Shown: positions 26,272-38,602, counted from the first letter of the whole stretch. The stretch is 63,650 bases of DNA, filler included, from Nemertoderma westbladi (GCA_032718475.1; 3 parts of 3 records of this genome joined end to end with filler, not necessarily neighbours in it); one strand, 5' to 3'. The notes: generated by a model from the letters alone, not told the origin. A program made the numbers and translations.

Positions 26272-26340
26272 TCTTACAGAATCGAACCTGGACATATTAC
26301 TTTCAAAGTCCGGCGCTCTACCGAATGAGCTATCATGCTA
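26272..26340 (-). other. tRNA-like (pseudo-tRNA or SINE head) sequence inside the 3' internal region of the BEL element
   Basis: Minus strand reads AGCATGATAGCTCATTCGGTAGAGCGCCGGACTTTGAAAG..CCAGGTTCGATTCTG, with an A-box/D-arm and a B-box GGTTCGATTC; acceptor stem does not pair well. Confidence 0.6.
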
Positions 26341-26795
26341 CGCAAGATAAAGTGTTAAATATAGTATGAAGATAATAAAGCCTTTCTTTCAATATAATAA
26401 TTTTATCTTCTTTCGGGTGACAAACATATTGCCTGGTTGCTTAGTAACACTATAAACAATAACACTACACAATCAAGAAATAACACAAATTGTTTTACAT
26501 TGCAATAAAGCCTTCAAACATTATTATAATGGTGTATAATTTTTAAAATAAATATGGTAATAAACATATTCCTTAGTAACGCTATAAACAATAACACTAT
26601 AATGATATGTTGGAGGAAAATGATTCAAAGAAATAACACAAATTTGTTGTACAGTGCAATCAAGTTTACAAAATATATACTATCATTTAAAATAAAGCAA
26701 ATTTACTGAATGCACAATAATTATGTAATAACAGGATCCCCTTTACATATCCCCCCCCCCTTTTTTTCCTGATTATAGAGCAAATCGTATCACCT

Positions 26796-29700
26796 TCAGG
26801 TCTTGGGTGGTCTTTGTTTATACCATTTTGATCTTTGTGAAAGAGTCGGTAGGTAGTATTTGATCCATAACTCCCAGAAGTTATTGGTCAGATATTGATT
26901 AACCTCCCAACTTTTCTTACTGTAGAGATCTCTCCTGTCATGTACAGACACTGGTAGTAAGGGTGTAGGTGGTTCTTCTCGCCACAACATACCTACCTCA
27001 TAATGTCCATTATCTAATAGTTTAGTTGTCCTGTTCATTATGTCTATCGCCCGTTGGTCGTCTGCGGATAGGGCTTTGTCATAACAATTTCGCTCTGCGG
27101 CATCTTGGTCTAACCATTGTAATACTTTATGATTCATCATCCTTTCTTCATCAATATAATCATATGCTAATTGTTTCCTATCCTCGATAATGTTAGGATT
27201 TCTAATTGTCTCTAATACTTCCTGCTTGGTTATGGCAGTTATATTTTTGCAAAAAAGGGTCAATATAGTATGGTCCCTCTTATATTCATCAGGGTCGAAT
27301 AACACCTGATGCATCCTTCCAACCTCTTCCTCTGCGTCTTCCTTGGGATCCTCATCCATTAATTTCAGGGAATCAATGTGATAGAAATCTGTGTCTGACG
27401 GGAATCCGAGTGGGTTAGTCAACAAGCAACTTTCCTCTACTGTAGTTACGTCTATCTCGGATACATTTTCATCATTAAAATCGGAAGGGTGTTTCACTTC
27501 TGACGTCATTGTGTTAGTTTGATAGTCATCCATTTCAAATGATTTGTTATTAGTGTTAGCTAACCATTCTAAAGGAAATCTAGTGTACCATCCTAACAAT
27601 GTTCTACAAGAATATGGCTCACCTGGCTTCCACTTTGTTGGCTTACTCTCTAGGACTCTGTGAGCATCGAAATGATCCGTTCCAATGATCATTGATACAT
27701 TACGATAATCTATGCGATACTCGGGAATATTATAGTCTTTAAAGTACTCCCTTTGTTTCTTATTAGGTATGGGCACAGATCCCAATAGTTGGGTGAAATC
27801 ACGTATAGCCGCAAATTTTAAATGTTTCATTGGTAACATACGTTGTTCTGTGGTAGTCTGTTTGGTTCTTGGTAGCAACGAATCTACTGTCAATCTCACA
27901 TACTTGATGGGAATTTCCTTTTGTCCATGTAATGATCCAACTTCCATTAGTGTCGACTTGGTTTTTTCCATGTCTGCGACCACACTTGCCACTTCCTCAT
28001 CAACGTAACTTTGGTTAGATGCATGATCTAATAGACAATATATGCGCTTAGAACCAAACTCACCTTGAATTTTGACTTGAATTATGCTGAAAGCAGCGGA
28101 CTGCGTTCGAGTTAGCAGGGTGGTGCTGGGTTCCGAATCAGTTGCATAAGTTTCTGGTTCTGAAGTTTCTCTGTACTCGTATTCACCTTCACTTGATGAA
28201 CCTGATTGGTAATTAGTCTCAAAATCGGTTGTTTGGGCAAATGTTACGTTGTGCTTGGTGGTATTAGCAGGTCTAGTCAATACTCTAGGATGGTCCTGTA
28301 GATATCTTTTAGTAGGCGTGTGTTGAGATGTGTGCAATAATCTGTGGTGCAATCGACCACAGTCAACGCATCCCTTACTTACGCTAGAGGTGGTACAGTC
28401 CCGCCGCTTATGCCCAGTGCCTAAACACTTCCAGCAAGCGTCTAGCGACCGAATGGCTAAACGCCGTTTCTCTACATCGAGTTTGGAAAACAGGTTGCAC
28501 CCTACCAGCTTGTGGTCATTTGATTTCTGAGTCAATTGATGACAATATTGACATCCACGAAAATCTGGTGGCAATTGTTGCACTGTAGTTACCTTGGGTC
28601 CAATGGGTGGCGCTACTTTAATTTTGGCGCTATATCCCGCAGCCGAATTCACCTTTGTCATTTCTTGGTCAGATAAGGAAGTGTATGATGATGCTGGGTT
28701 ACCAGCACTTACCATTGTGCTCTTAAATTTGAGTTGCTGACGTCTTTCTACTCCTAAATACTCTTCAGGGTAATTAGACCTCAACTCGGCCTCACCTTCT
28801 GCTGATATTACATCGTAAATATGTTTAATAGATAGTGATTCCCCCTTAGCTTCTACTCGGCTTTCTAGGCCCCTTACCTTTCGCCTATGGCGCAGTGTAA
28901 GTCGTTTCATAATGTCTCGTAGAATATCCGGTCTGGATCCGTAATGCTCACACCCATATATTGGCAAAATCTTGATTGCTGATTTTATAGCATCGGCTAG
29001 TTTCACTACTTCTATGGGTGTTACGGCTGGATTTCCCTTTGTCAATTCTTCAACTACTGAGCGAGCCATTCTAACATTACCACCATAGGTGGTTACTAAC
29101 CGCTCATAGGCAGATTCAAAGGCATTATCGTCTCCCACAAATGTACTTACTAGTTCCTTGGGTTCCCCTTTTAAGAATTGGTATAGATAACAAAATTTCT
29201 CATGTGAAGTAAAATCCTGTGACGCTACACAGGAATCTATATAATGAATGAAACTTCTCCAGTGTTTCGGTAATCCAGTGAAACAAGGTGGTTGCTGTGG
29301 AGGGAGACTCTGTCTCGCACCAAATTTAGATAACTCTGATGCGATCACTGATACTGGCGTTGAGCCACTCCCTTCTACATTTGAAGAACCTCGAATATTT
29401 CTTGGTTGTTGGTTCAACTTCATGCTGGGTTTAAATATTCTATATTGAAAGTGCGGTCTCGATCCCGGATACATTCCTTTTGCAGTCGTTGAAGGATCAT
29501 ATACTTCCTCCGAATCTGTGTTACATTCCATGGCTTGAAATTGAACCTTGGATTTTGGTAGTGTGATTGGGTTTACTTCAGGGAGATTCTCGGATAATTT
29601 TCGAGTGTGAATATCTCTTTGAGTACTATCTACTTTATCCTGCACTTCCTGAACCGACCACTTTACAGACTCAAACTCTTGATTTACTTTACCTTCAATA

Positions 29701-31670
29701 TGTTGAACCTGATCCTTAATGCCTCTTACCTCTTGCATCATCCTCTGGTTGCCTTCTTGGATGGCTTGTTGTAATTGATACATTTCAACTTGACGTTGTT
29801 CTGTTGTTTCGTTCAGTCTAAAGTTACGGTTATCATGTGAACAGTCCCAATCCACCAGTTGTTCATCCTCCTTCATCCTAAAATTCTCGCGTGACTCACC
29901 ATTATCTGCCGGATTTATAATGCCCCTTATAATGGGTGAAATTTGCTGGCATTCTATGCACTTACAACCTAACAAATGGTGTGGAGATAACTGGTCCATG
30001 TGTTTGGGGTCACGAGGGTGTTGCTGGTAGTCAGGCCACTTACTATTGGTGGAGTTCAATATCCTCGCAGACCCACTGGTCTGTCGTTGCTCCAAAATTA
30101 CGCTGGGTGGAGAATCGTCTTCTGGGTTAACCCAGCCCTTCCCTGCAAACTGGCGATGAAAAGATTCAATAAAATGGACTTTAGATTCCATTCCCTTCTT
30201 ATCGTGAGTTTGATTGTATCGTTCTATGGAAGATGCAACATGGTCTATCCCACTTAACAATGACTCGGCGCGCTGACATCGAAGAGCTGTCTTGGCTTCT
30301 TCTAACTGCATGGCTATGCGACGGCGATTATCCTCTAACTCATTCGCTTTGCGGTGGCGCTCCTGTTCCCCTAATTTTCTACGTTGATCGATGATCAATG
30401 CCTCTTGTTTTTCCTTCAACTCTAATCTTTGGCGGGCAATCTCCCGTTCATGTGCGTGACGTTTATTCTCATCAGCAATACGCTGTAATTGAGCATTGGT
30501 GTCACGCTCAATTCGTCTCCGCTCAATGGCTGCAAGTTTATCCGCCTTGGTACGTTCCGCCTCTGCCCTGGCGTGTTCAATTTCGGCTTCCGCTCGGGCG
30601 CGTTGAGCCTCGCGTCCGGCACTTTCGCACTCGATTTCTATCAAACGATCATTTGCTTCCCTCTCCCGCCTGGCGGCTTCATCTCGAGTTGTGGTGTCCA
30701 AAATATTACTGCCTCCTGCTAAACTTAAGCGCGAAATATCTTGGGTGATCGTCTGCAACTCAGCTTCCGCAAGCTCAGTGCTTATTCGTATCACTTCGCT
30801 CTGTTCAAAATGTAACTTATCCATCTCGGCTCGGCGACCATCTTCGCTTAACCTTCTAACTGTGTCCAGCTGCGATGCAGTTATTGACTGCGAACTTACT
30901 GACTCGCTATGTCGATACCACCTTCCACTTACCTGAGATGGTACACTATCATCTACATGAGCAGTTATCTTACCTGTTTTTTCGTTCTCCTTTGTTGGTA
31001 ATGGTAGTCCAGGTACTACCACTCCCTTCTTATGAAGATATATCTCCAACTTACCCTTGAAACCCAGAAACCATTCATTTAGCTCAAAATCTTCAGAGTC
31101 AAATATTTCGGTTTCAGGTCCCTCCTCCAAACTAGCGCGGTAATTTACTCTAAGCACATTTATACGCTTATTCATATCTATAAAATGGTTACGAATTACC
31201 TGCAACTTATCATATAGGGATGTCAGAGTTCTAAACTGTCTCTCTTTGGTCGCTATACTCACCAACTTCTGTAAATTGATTGTTTGCACGTGTAACAGCT
31301 GATCATATTCATCTAGCATTCTGGCTAAATCTGCCGGGTCATAGGATCCACTGTCTAGGCATTTGGTTAATTTATTTGTCGCCTTGGTTACCTTACCCAT
31401 GTAACCACCTGCACTTTTATTAATTGTAGGATGCCTCAAGGATGTGTTACTATCGTCACTGCTGTCAGCATCAGGGATTTCATCATCAGGGTGTCGAGCA
31501 GCACCCTGAACTATAAACCCAGAAGCAGGGACGATACCTACTGTCTGTGTGGTAGGGGCACTAATAGTCTCAATTACGTCAGGTGTGGTGACGTTTAATT
31601 GCTGACTGGACTCGTCAGCAGTCTCATATTGTTCTGTTACCGGAATGTCGGTATTTGTTGTTTGACTCAT
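26796..31670 (-). CDS. BEL/Pao Gag-protease polyprotein fused in frame to the integrase C-terminal tail (1624 aa; RT, RNase H and integrase core missing)
   Basis: Coiled-coil N-terminus; DUF1759-like PCFTGLPKHWRSF..EKFCYLYQFLKGEP; knuckles CQYC..H....C, CWKCLGTGHKRRDC, CVDCGRLHHRLLH; protease LLDHASNQSY and IIGTD; GHYEVGMLWRE joined directly to W.....NNFWELWIKYYLPTLSQRSKW. Confidence 0.93.
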   Translation of the reverse strand: MSQTTNTDIPVTEQYETADESSQQLNVTTPDVIETISAPTTQTVGIVPASGFIVQGAARHPDDEIPDADSSDDSNTSLRHPTINKSAGGYMGKVTKATNKLTKCLDSGSYDPADLARMLDEYDQLLHVQTINLQKLVSIATKERQFRTLTSLYDKLQVIRNHFIDMNKRINVLRVNYRASLEEGPETEIFDSEDFELNEWFLGFKGKLEIYLHKKGVVVPGLPLPTKENEKTGKITAHVDDSVPSQVSGRWYRHSESVSSQSITASQLDTVRRLSEDGRRAEMDKLHFEQSEVIRISTELAEAELQTITQDISRLSLAGGSNILDTTTRDEAARREREANDRLIEIECESAGREAQRARAEAEIEHARAEAERTKADKLAAIERRRIERDTNAQLQRIADENKRHAHEREIARQRLELKEKQEALIIDQRRKLGEQERHRKANELEDNRRRIAMQLEEAKTALRCQRAESLLSGIDHVASSIERYNQTHDKKGMESKVHFIESFHRQFAGKGWVNPEDDSPPSVILEQRQTSGSARILNSTNSKWPDYQQHPRDPKHMDQLSPHHLLGCKCIECQQISPIIRGIINPADNGESRENFRMKEDEQLVDWDCSHDNRNFRLNETTEQRQVEMYQLQQAIQEGNQRMMQEVRGIKDQVQHIEGKVNQEFESVKWSVQEVQDKVDSTQRDIHTRKLSENLPEVNPITLPKSKVQFQAMECNTDSEEVYDPSTTAKGMYPGSRPHFQYRIFKPSMKLNQQPRNIRGSSNVEGSGSTPVSVIASELSKFGARQSLPPQQPPCFTGLPKHWRSFIHYIDSCVASQDFTSHEKFCYLYQFLKGEPKELVSTFVGDDNAFESAYERLVTTYGGNVRMARSVVEELTKGNPAVTPIEVVKLADAIKSAIKILPIYGCEHYGSRPDILRDIMKRLTLRHRRKVRGLESRVEAKGESLSIKHIYDVISAEGEAELRSNYPEEYLGVERRQQLKFKSTMVSAGNPASSYTSLSDQEMTKVNSAAGYSAKIKVAPPIGPKVTTVQQLPPDFRGCQYCHQLTQKSNDHKLVGCNLFSKLDVEKRRLAIRSLDACWKCLGTGHKRRDCTTSSVSKGCVDCGRLHHRLLHTSQHTPTKRYLQDHPRVLTRPANTTKHNVTFAQTTDFETNYQSGSSSEGEYEYRETSEPETYATDSEPSTTLLTRTQSAAFSIIQVKIQGEFGSKRIYCLLDHASNQSYVDEEVASVVADMEKTKSTLMEVGSLHGQKEIPIKYVRLTVDSLLPRTKQTTTEQRMLPMKHLKFAAIRDFTQLLGSVPIPNKKQREYFKDYNIPEYRIDYRNVSMIIGTDHFDAHRVLESKPTKWKPGEPYSCRTLLGWYTRFPLEWLANTNNKSFEMDDYQTNTMTSEVKHPSDFNDENVSEIDVTTVEESCLLTNPLGFPSDTDFYHIDSLKLMDEDPKEDAEEEVGRMHQVLFDPDEYKRDHTILTLFCKNITAITKQEVLETIRNPNIIEDRKQLAYDYIDEERMMNHKVLQWLDQDAAERNCYDKALSADDQRAIDIMNRTTKLLDNGHYEVGMLWREEPPTPLLPVSVHDRRDLYSKKSWEVNQYLTNNFWELWIKYYLPTLSQRSKWYKQRPPKT

Positions 31671-32475
31671 TTTTTGGGATTTTTATATTTTATATTGATT
31701 AAAATTTTTTAATTTTAATTTGAATTTAATTTAATGAAATTATTTGCTTGTAATAGTTTACAAATTATTACACCAATTCAAATGTGAATTCAAATAAAAC
31801 AACTTTTACAACTCAATTAATTTCAAATTCTCTTATTTTTTATTTATTTCATAATTATAGCCTTGGCTCGACTTTAGGAGACCCTGGATGGTGGGACAAT
31901 AAGACACAACAAAGGGAAGTAATTTAAATTTTTTACTTAAAATTTACAACACCAAACTTATTTTGTATGCACAAGTATGCCACAAATACTGTGCATAAGT
32001 ATTTTAACAAACCTTCAAACAGCCACAAATGAACTATAGATCCCACAAGCACAATCCTATCGACACTACGACCAACCTGTGATTGCTGCTAAACGACGCC
32101 GTCCCACGTCCCAACCTCGTGAATGATCAGTTCACTTGCGTACCAAGTCAAACGTCCCCAGATCCCGGATTGGTTGCGGTGACGAAAGTGATGTTCCTGT
32201 AAGTTGTATTAGAGAATTAGATGGCTGTCTGGTAGATTTACCCTAATTTTATCCTAACAATTTCGACCGAAATATAAATTTTTTAATTTTTTATAAATCT
32301 TATAACGCAGCCCCTTTGGCTCTACAAACTTTCAAACTCGATACAAACTTTACTCAACGGCGGCGCTATAGCAACTCTGTGATTTATTTATAATTTTTTA
32401 CAACGCAAATCAGCTAAGAATTTGTTAAAAAGATTTCGCTAAAGCACATTGCAGATTTATTAACATAATAACCAC

Positions 32476-33952
32476 TGTAGAATACGTATCAAATTATCGC
32501 AATACGTATCAGTTTCGAAAGAAAACAAAACAATAAACCGGTCTATATAAAGCTCAACAAGGAAACTCCAGTTGGTGAGGAATCCCTGCCTGCCTGCTAA
32601 TATTATCAACCTTTAATACAATTTACTAGCGTGATGGCCCCTTATCCACCACATATACTGCAAGCTAAACTGCCGATAGGTAAGGGTTGTATCGAGTACA
32701 ATTTATAAAATATAAACAACAATTTATCTTAAATTTTCCCGCTATAACAAATTCTGTATATTTCTATACACCGCACCGCTGTCGACGGTAGTAAAAGGAA
32801 GGAAACTATACGCAATACTAAACCTGGTTATCTCGTGGATGAATTTGCCGATATTCTCTAATTTTCACTTCTACTCTGTAAAGTTAACTGTAAGAGTGTC
32901 AATCTAATGATTGTGAGAGATGATTAGCTATCTAAATACCCAAATACATTTATTTCTGGACAGTGAATAATGCTGTAGCTGAAACTTGGTATATAAGCTT
33001 ACTCACCCCCAACAAAGTCAAAATAATTTAAGATGAAGTGAAATGAATATTAGTATCCCAATGAGACCCAAACCTAAGCCAAAACGATGAGCGCTGATAC
33101 CAAATATATATCAACACTCTCCCCCCTTTGCACTTCCGTGATGCCTGTGTGGTTATTATGATGGGGTATCCCGGTTCAATTTGGCCCAAACCCAAGTACA
33201 GGAAATAGTTAAAGCACCAGTTAACCTAATGGAATTGTGTACATCAACCTAATGAGACCCCCCTCCCCTTGTGGCTTGCCCAGTCCAACTTACTGCCCTT
33301 ATGTTTCACTCGTGTTGTGTAACATCATCCATCCATTTTGGGCTCCTGCAGTCGGCCGGTACGGCTCGACCTCCTCACTCCATAATTATTAGACGGAGAA
33401 TGTGCCTCTCATGTTAAAACAATGGGGTTTTAATTCCGAACCGATCACTGGATGTCTTTATCGCATACTGATTTGCAAAATTACCAACACAAACAAATAA
33501 TTGGGGTTAATACATATTTATAGATACGAATACATTTTACGGTACAAAATCAGAATTGGATATAAGATAAATTCAATACAATCAATAACAAATTCAATAT
33601 AAAATCTTGAAGAGTAATACTGTAAGAATATAGGTCTGTTTTGCAACCATATAATAACAAAACTGGTTTTTACCGGTTCCAGTAAGTTCTCGTTGATATT
33701 GCATAAAATTCAGTAAACCGGTTTTTACTTGGATATGAGAAGCTACTAGCTTTCTTATTCGTCCAGCAAACAGATAAATGGCCAATCACAGCGCCCTTCT
33801 TATCACCTACATGGAATGGGCCTGGTGCATGCGCATAACTGAACAGTATCTAAATCAATTTAGAAGGGCCACCCGTTTAGGTAGAAATGTATTGGCACAA
33901 AATAAATGAGTTTTTTCCTGTATTGCTACTGCAGTACGTACAGAGTTTAACA
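32476..33952 (-). repeat. 5' LTR of the BEL/Pao element
   Basis: Direct repeat of 24531..26007; lies upstream of the gag ATG on the minus strand. Confidence 0.96.
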
Positions 33953-34062
33953 TTCATATATAAATGAAACTAAATAAATCAATTCATTTTCAAATTAAAC
34001 TTTAATCAATTATATCAGTTACATTTACAAACAAACGTAAACAAAATATAACATTAACTTGT

Positions 34063-36888
34063 ATTATATTAACTGAGTTCCTACAGTATATATCAGTTAC
34101 ATTATATTAACTGAGTTCCTACAGTATATATTAGTTACATTATATTAACTGAGTTCCTACAGTATATATCAGTTACATTATATTAACTGAGTTCCTACAG
34201 TATATAACAGTTACATTATATTAACTGAGTTCCTACAGTATATAACAGTTACATTATATTAACTGAGTTCCTACAGTATATATCAGTTACATTATATTAA
34301 CTGAGTTCCTACTGTATATATCAGTTACATTATATTAACTGAGTTCCTACAGTATATATCAGTTACATTATATTAACTGAGTTCCTACAGTATATATCAG
34401 TTACATTATATTAACTGAGTTCCTACAGTATATATCAGTTACATTATATTAACTGAGTTCCTACAGTATATAACAGTTACATTATATTAACTGAGTTCCT
34501 ACAGTATATATCAGTTACATTATATTAACTGAGTTCCTACAGTATATAACAGTTACATTATATTAACTGAGTTCCTACAGTATATAACAGTTACATTATA
34601 TTAACTGAGTTCCTACAGTATATAACAGTTACATTATATTAACTGAGTTCCTACAGTATATATCAGTTACATTATATTAACTGAGTTCCTACAGTATATA
34701 ACAGTTACATTATATTAACTGAGTTCCTACAGTATATAACAGTTACATTATATTAACTGAGTTCCTACAGTATATATCAGTTACATTATATTAACTGAGT
34801 TCCTACAGTATATATCAGTTACATTATATTAACTGAGTTCCTACAGTATATAACAGTTACATTATATTAACTGAGTTCCTACAGTATATAACAGTTACAT
34901 TATATTAACTGAGTTCCTACAGTATATATCAGTTACATTATATTAACTGAGTTCCTACAGTATATAACAGTTACATTATATTAACTGAGTTCCTACAGTA
35001 TATAACAGTTACATTATATTAACTGAGTTCCTACAGTATATATCAGTTACATTATATTAACTGAGTTCCTACAGTATATATCAGTTACATTATATTAACT
35101 GAGTTCCTACAGTATATATCAGTTACATTATATTAACTGAGTTCCTACAGTATATAACAGTTACATTATATTAACTGAGTTCCTACAGTATATAACAGTT
35201 ACATTATATTAACTGAGTTCCTACAGTATATATCAGTTACATTATATTAACTGAGTTCCTACAGTATATATCAGTTACATTATATTAACTGAGTTCCTAC
35301 AGTATATAACAGTTACATTATATTAACTGAGTTCCTACAGTATATATCAGTTACATTATATTAACTGAGTTCCTACAGTATATAACAGTTACATTATATT
35401 AACTGAGTTCCTACAGTATATAACAGTTACATTATATTAACTGAGTTCCTACAGTATATATCAGTTACATTATATTAACTGAGTTCCTACAGTATATAAC
35501 AGTTACATTATATTAACTGAGTTCCTACAGTATATATCAGTTACATTATATTAACTGAGTTCCTACAGTATATAACAGTTACATTATATTAACTGAGTTC
35601 CTACAGTATATAACAGTTACATTATATTAACTGAGTTCCTACAGTATATATCAGTTACATTATATTAACTGAGTTCCTACAGTATATAACAGTTACATTA
35701 TATTAACTGAGTTCCTACAGTATATATCAGTTACATTATATTAACTGAGTTCCTACAGTATATATCAGTTACATTATATTAACTGAGTTCCTACAGTATA
35801 TAACAGTTACATTATATTAACTGAGTTCCTACAGTATATAACAGTTACATTATATTAACTGAGTTCCTACAGTATATATCAGTTACATTATATTAACTGA
35901 GTTCCTACAGTATATATCAGTTACATTATATTAACTGAGTTCCTACAGTATATAACAGTTACATTATATTAACTGAGTTCCTACAGTATATATCAGTTAC
36001 ATTATATTAACTGAGTTCCTACAGTATATAACAGTTACATTATATTAACTGAGTTCCTACAGTATATAACAGTTACATTATATTAACTGAGTTCCTACAG
36101 TATATATCAGTTACATTATATTAACTGAGTTCCTACAGTATATAACAGTTACATTATATTAACTGAGTTCCTACAGTATATATCAGTTACATTATATTAA
36201 CTGAGTTCCTACAGTATATAACAGTTACATTATATTAACTGAGTTCCTACAGTATATATCAGTTACATTATATTAACTGAGTTCCTACAGTATATAACAG
36301 TTACATTATATTAACTGAGTTCCTACAGTATATATCAGTTACATTATATTAACTGAGTTCCTACAGTATATAACAGTTACATTATATTAACTGAGTTCCT
36401 ACAGTATATATCAGTTACATTATATTAACTGAGTTCCTACAGTATATATCAGTTACATTATATTAACTGAGTTCCTACAGTATATAACAGTTACATTATA
36501 TTAACTGAGTTCCTACAGTATATAACAGTTACATTATATTAACTGAGTTCCTACAGTATATATCAGTTACATTATATTAACTGAGTTCCTACAGTATATA
36601 TCAGTTACATTATATTAACTGAGTTCCTACAGTATATATCAGTTACATTATATTAACTGAGTTCCTACAGTATATAACAGTTACATTATATTAACTGAGT
36701 TCCTACAGTATATAACAGTTACATTATATTAACTGAGTTCCTACAGTATATAACAGTTACATTATATTAACTGAGTTCCTACAGTATATATCAGTTACAT
36801 TATATTAACTGAGTTCCTACAGTATATATCAGTTACATTATATTAACTGAGTTCCTACAGTATATAACAGTTACATTATATTAACTGA
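34063..36888. repeat. 38-bp minisatellite, ~74 copies, ATTATATTAACTGAGTTCCTACAGTATATA(T/A)CAGTTAC
   Basis: Directly visible, highly homogeneous head-to-tail array with no spacers. Confidence 0.98.
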
Positions 36889-37589
36889 ATTGCAACACTG
36901 TTGAACATAAACCGAATTGTTATTTCTATTTACCACAATATTATTTATTGGTTTCTGAAGCATTTTTGATATATTATTATGAATTCTTATTCCGACTGAA
37001 AATTAGTTAATTAATTCACCAGGTAAATCGACGTTACTCAATAACTGGCAATTATAAGAAAAACAATGGAGGTAAAAATAAAGAATTGGAGACTTCTATC
37101 TCTTGGCAGTTACCTGTCAGCTAGAGACGTCGCCACATTCACTCCCAATGTTGAATACTCTCACCATCCAACCCCATTCTTCAGTTCCCAAGGATCCCAG
37201 GTTTCCTTATCGCTGATTCGACATTCTAGTTACGAAATTGTAACTAACCTGACCACGAATCGAACAGGGGACCCCTAGCTGGAGATCAATGGTGTGACTC
37301 ATTCACTAGTCACCATGGTAAAGGGGTTACTAGATAAATATTGGGATTACCATATTTGTCAATCTTATACCTCCGTATATAATCCTATATTACCCCGACT
37401 ACATACTCTATATATAATGTTACAATAATTAGACTTGCCGTGGAGTATGTTGCCGCCAGGTATTAACTAACCCCAACCGTAATGTATTCATTCAATACTT
37501 GCCGTAGGCAGCATATCGCCGCCAGATAATCACACACACACAACATTATCGCTCCATTTAACTCCACATCCGCAATCTGTTTATCTTGA

Positions 37590-37860
37590 GGAGGAGTTAC
37601 TCTATTCGCCTCTACATCAGAGATCCCGAGTTCGGACCCGGGCTGAATCAGTTTAAATTTTGTAACTGGTACGTCAGGACAGCGATATGGGAACCTGGAA
37701 TCTGGGGGGAGTAAAGAAAGAGTGTGGCTAGTGATGAGTATTCAACATTGGGAGTAAGTGTGGTGCCCTCTCTGCCTTATAGATAACAGCCAAGATTGAT
37801 GAGTCTTCGGGTTGCCTCCCGTGAGTTTCTCGTTCACGGCTATGAGCTTTTAGATAACTA
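37590..37860 (+). mobile_element. Probable tRNA-derived SINE
   Basis: TCGCCTC..AGAGATCCCGAGTTCGGACCCGGGC contains a B-box-like T-arm hairpin at ~37626-37642; 3' boundary is uncertain. Confidence 0.4.
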
Positions 37861-38194
37861 GAAACCGAACTCAAAATTAGATTTCTTACCAATAATTGTA
37901 TCTCATTGATTCATAACTTCAGATATGCGCAGTTGTATAAAAAATTTATGCTAAAAATACAAAATGTAGGACAAGTAATTCTGGATTCAAATATTGTTTA
38001 TTGATTTGTCGCAAATGACGTTGAATGGACAATTAATTATCTAATAACGTCAACCTTTATGTTTTAGTGGGGTCGCTTAAGGCTGAAATATAGCAAAATC
38101 GTTAATTGCCGGACAAAAGCATGAAAATGTGACTACAGTATATATGTAAAAAAATGTGTAGATTAATCTGAGCCTGTGTACAAAAAAAATTGGC

Positions 38195-38520
38195 TACTTC
38201 CCTAGCAACAGGGTGACTTTTTCATAGCAACCGGATACTTTTGGTCGTATCTGTTATTGAAACTCGCCATATAGAAAAATTACGATTATATTACTGGGTT
38301 GGTTTAAAAATAGAAGCCGAGTACACGTTCCCATAGCAACAAGGTGACCTTTCCCTAGCAACATTATATTTAATGTAATTATGATTGAAACCTGGGATAA
38401 ATAACCTGGCTAGCAATAGAACAGTGATAGTGACATCGGCGCTGATACACGTTTCCTTAGCAACAAGGTGACCTTTCCCTAGCAACTGCCTGCAATTCTG
38501 ATTGAAACTTGGGATCATGT
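38195..38520. repeat. Three copies of a TTCC.TAGCAACA.GGTGAC.TTT.C.TAGCAAC module (non-autonomous transposon core)
   Basis: Copies at ~38198, ~38328 and ~38452, each followed by TTG/ATTGAAAC.TGG-like sequence. Confidence 0.65.
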
Positions 38521-38602
38521 TGGGATAATCAACCTGTATAGCAATATAAGGCCCATGTGAAGAATACCAGACTTTCTGCTGTTATATTTCACTTTGCAGT
38601 TA

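Larger units (their letters stand above)
24531..33952 (-). mobile_element. Full-boundary, internally deleted BEL/Pao LTR retrotransposon with 5-bp TSD TTCAT
   Basis: LTRs 24531..26007 and 32476..33952 (1477 bp each, TG..CA, identical by eye). TTCAT at 24526-24530 and 33953-33957. Minus-strand PPT TTTTCCGGGGCGG at 26008-26020 and PBS-like GTGGTTATT at 32467-32475. Confidence 0.96.

Noticed and set aside
26272-26340. Functional tRNA gene
   Set aside because: Acceptor and anticodon stems pair poorly; kept only as tRNA-like.
34063-36888. CRISPR array (38-bp partly palindromic repeat)
   Set aside because: Units are head-to-tail without unique spacers, no cas genes are present, and the context is eukaryotic.
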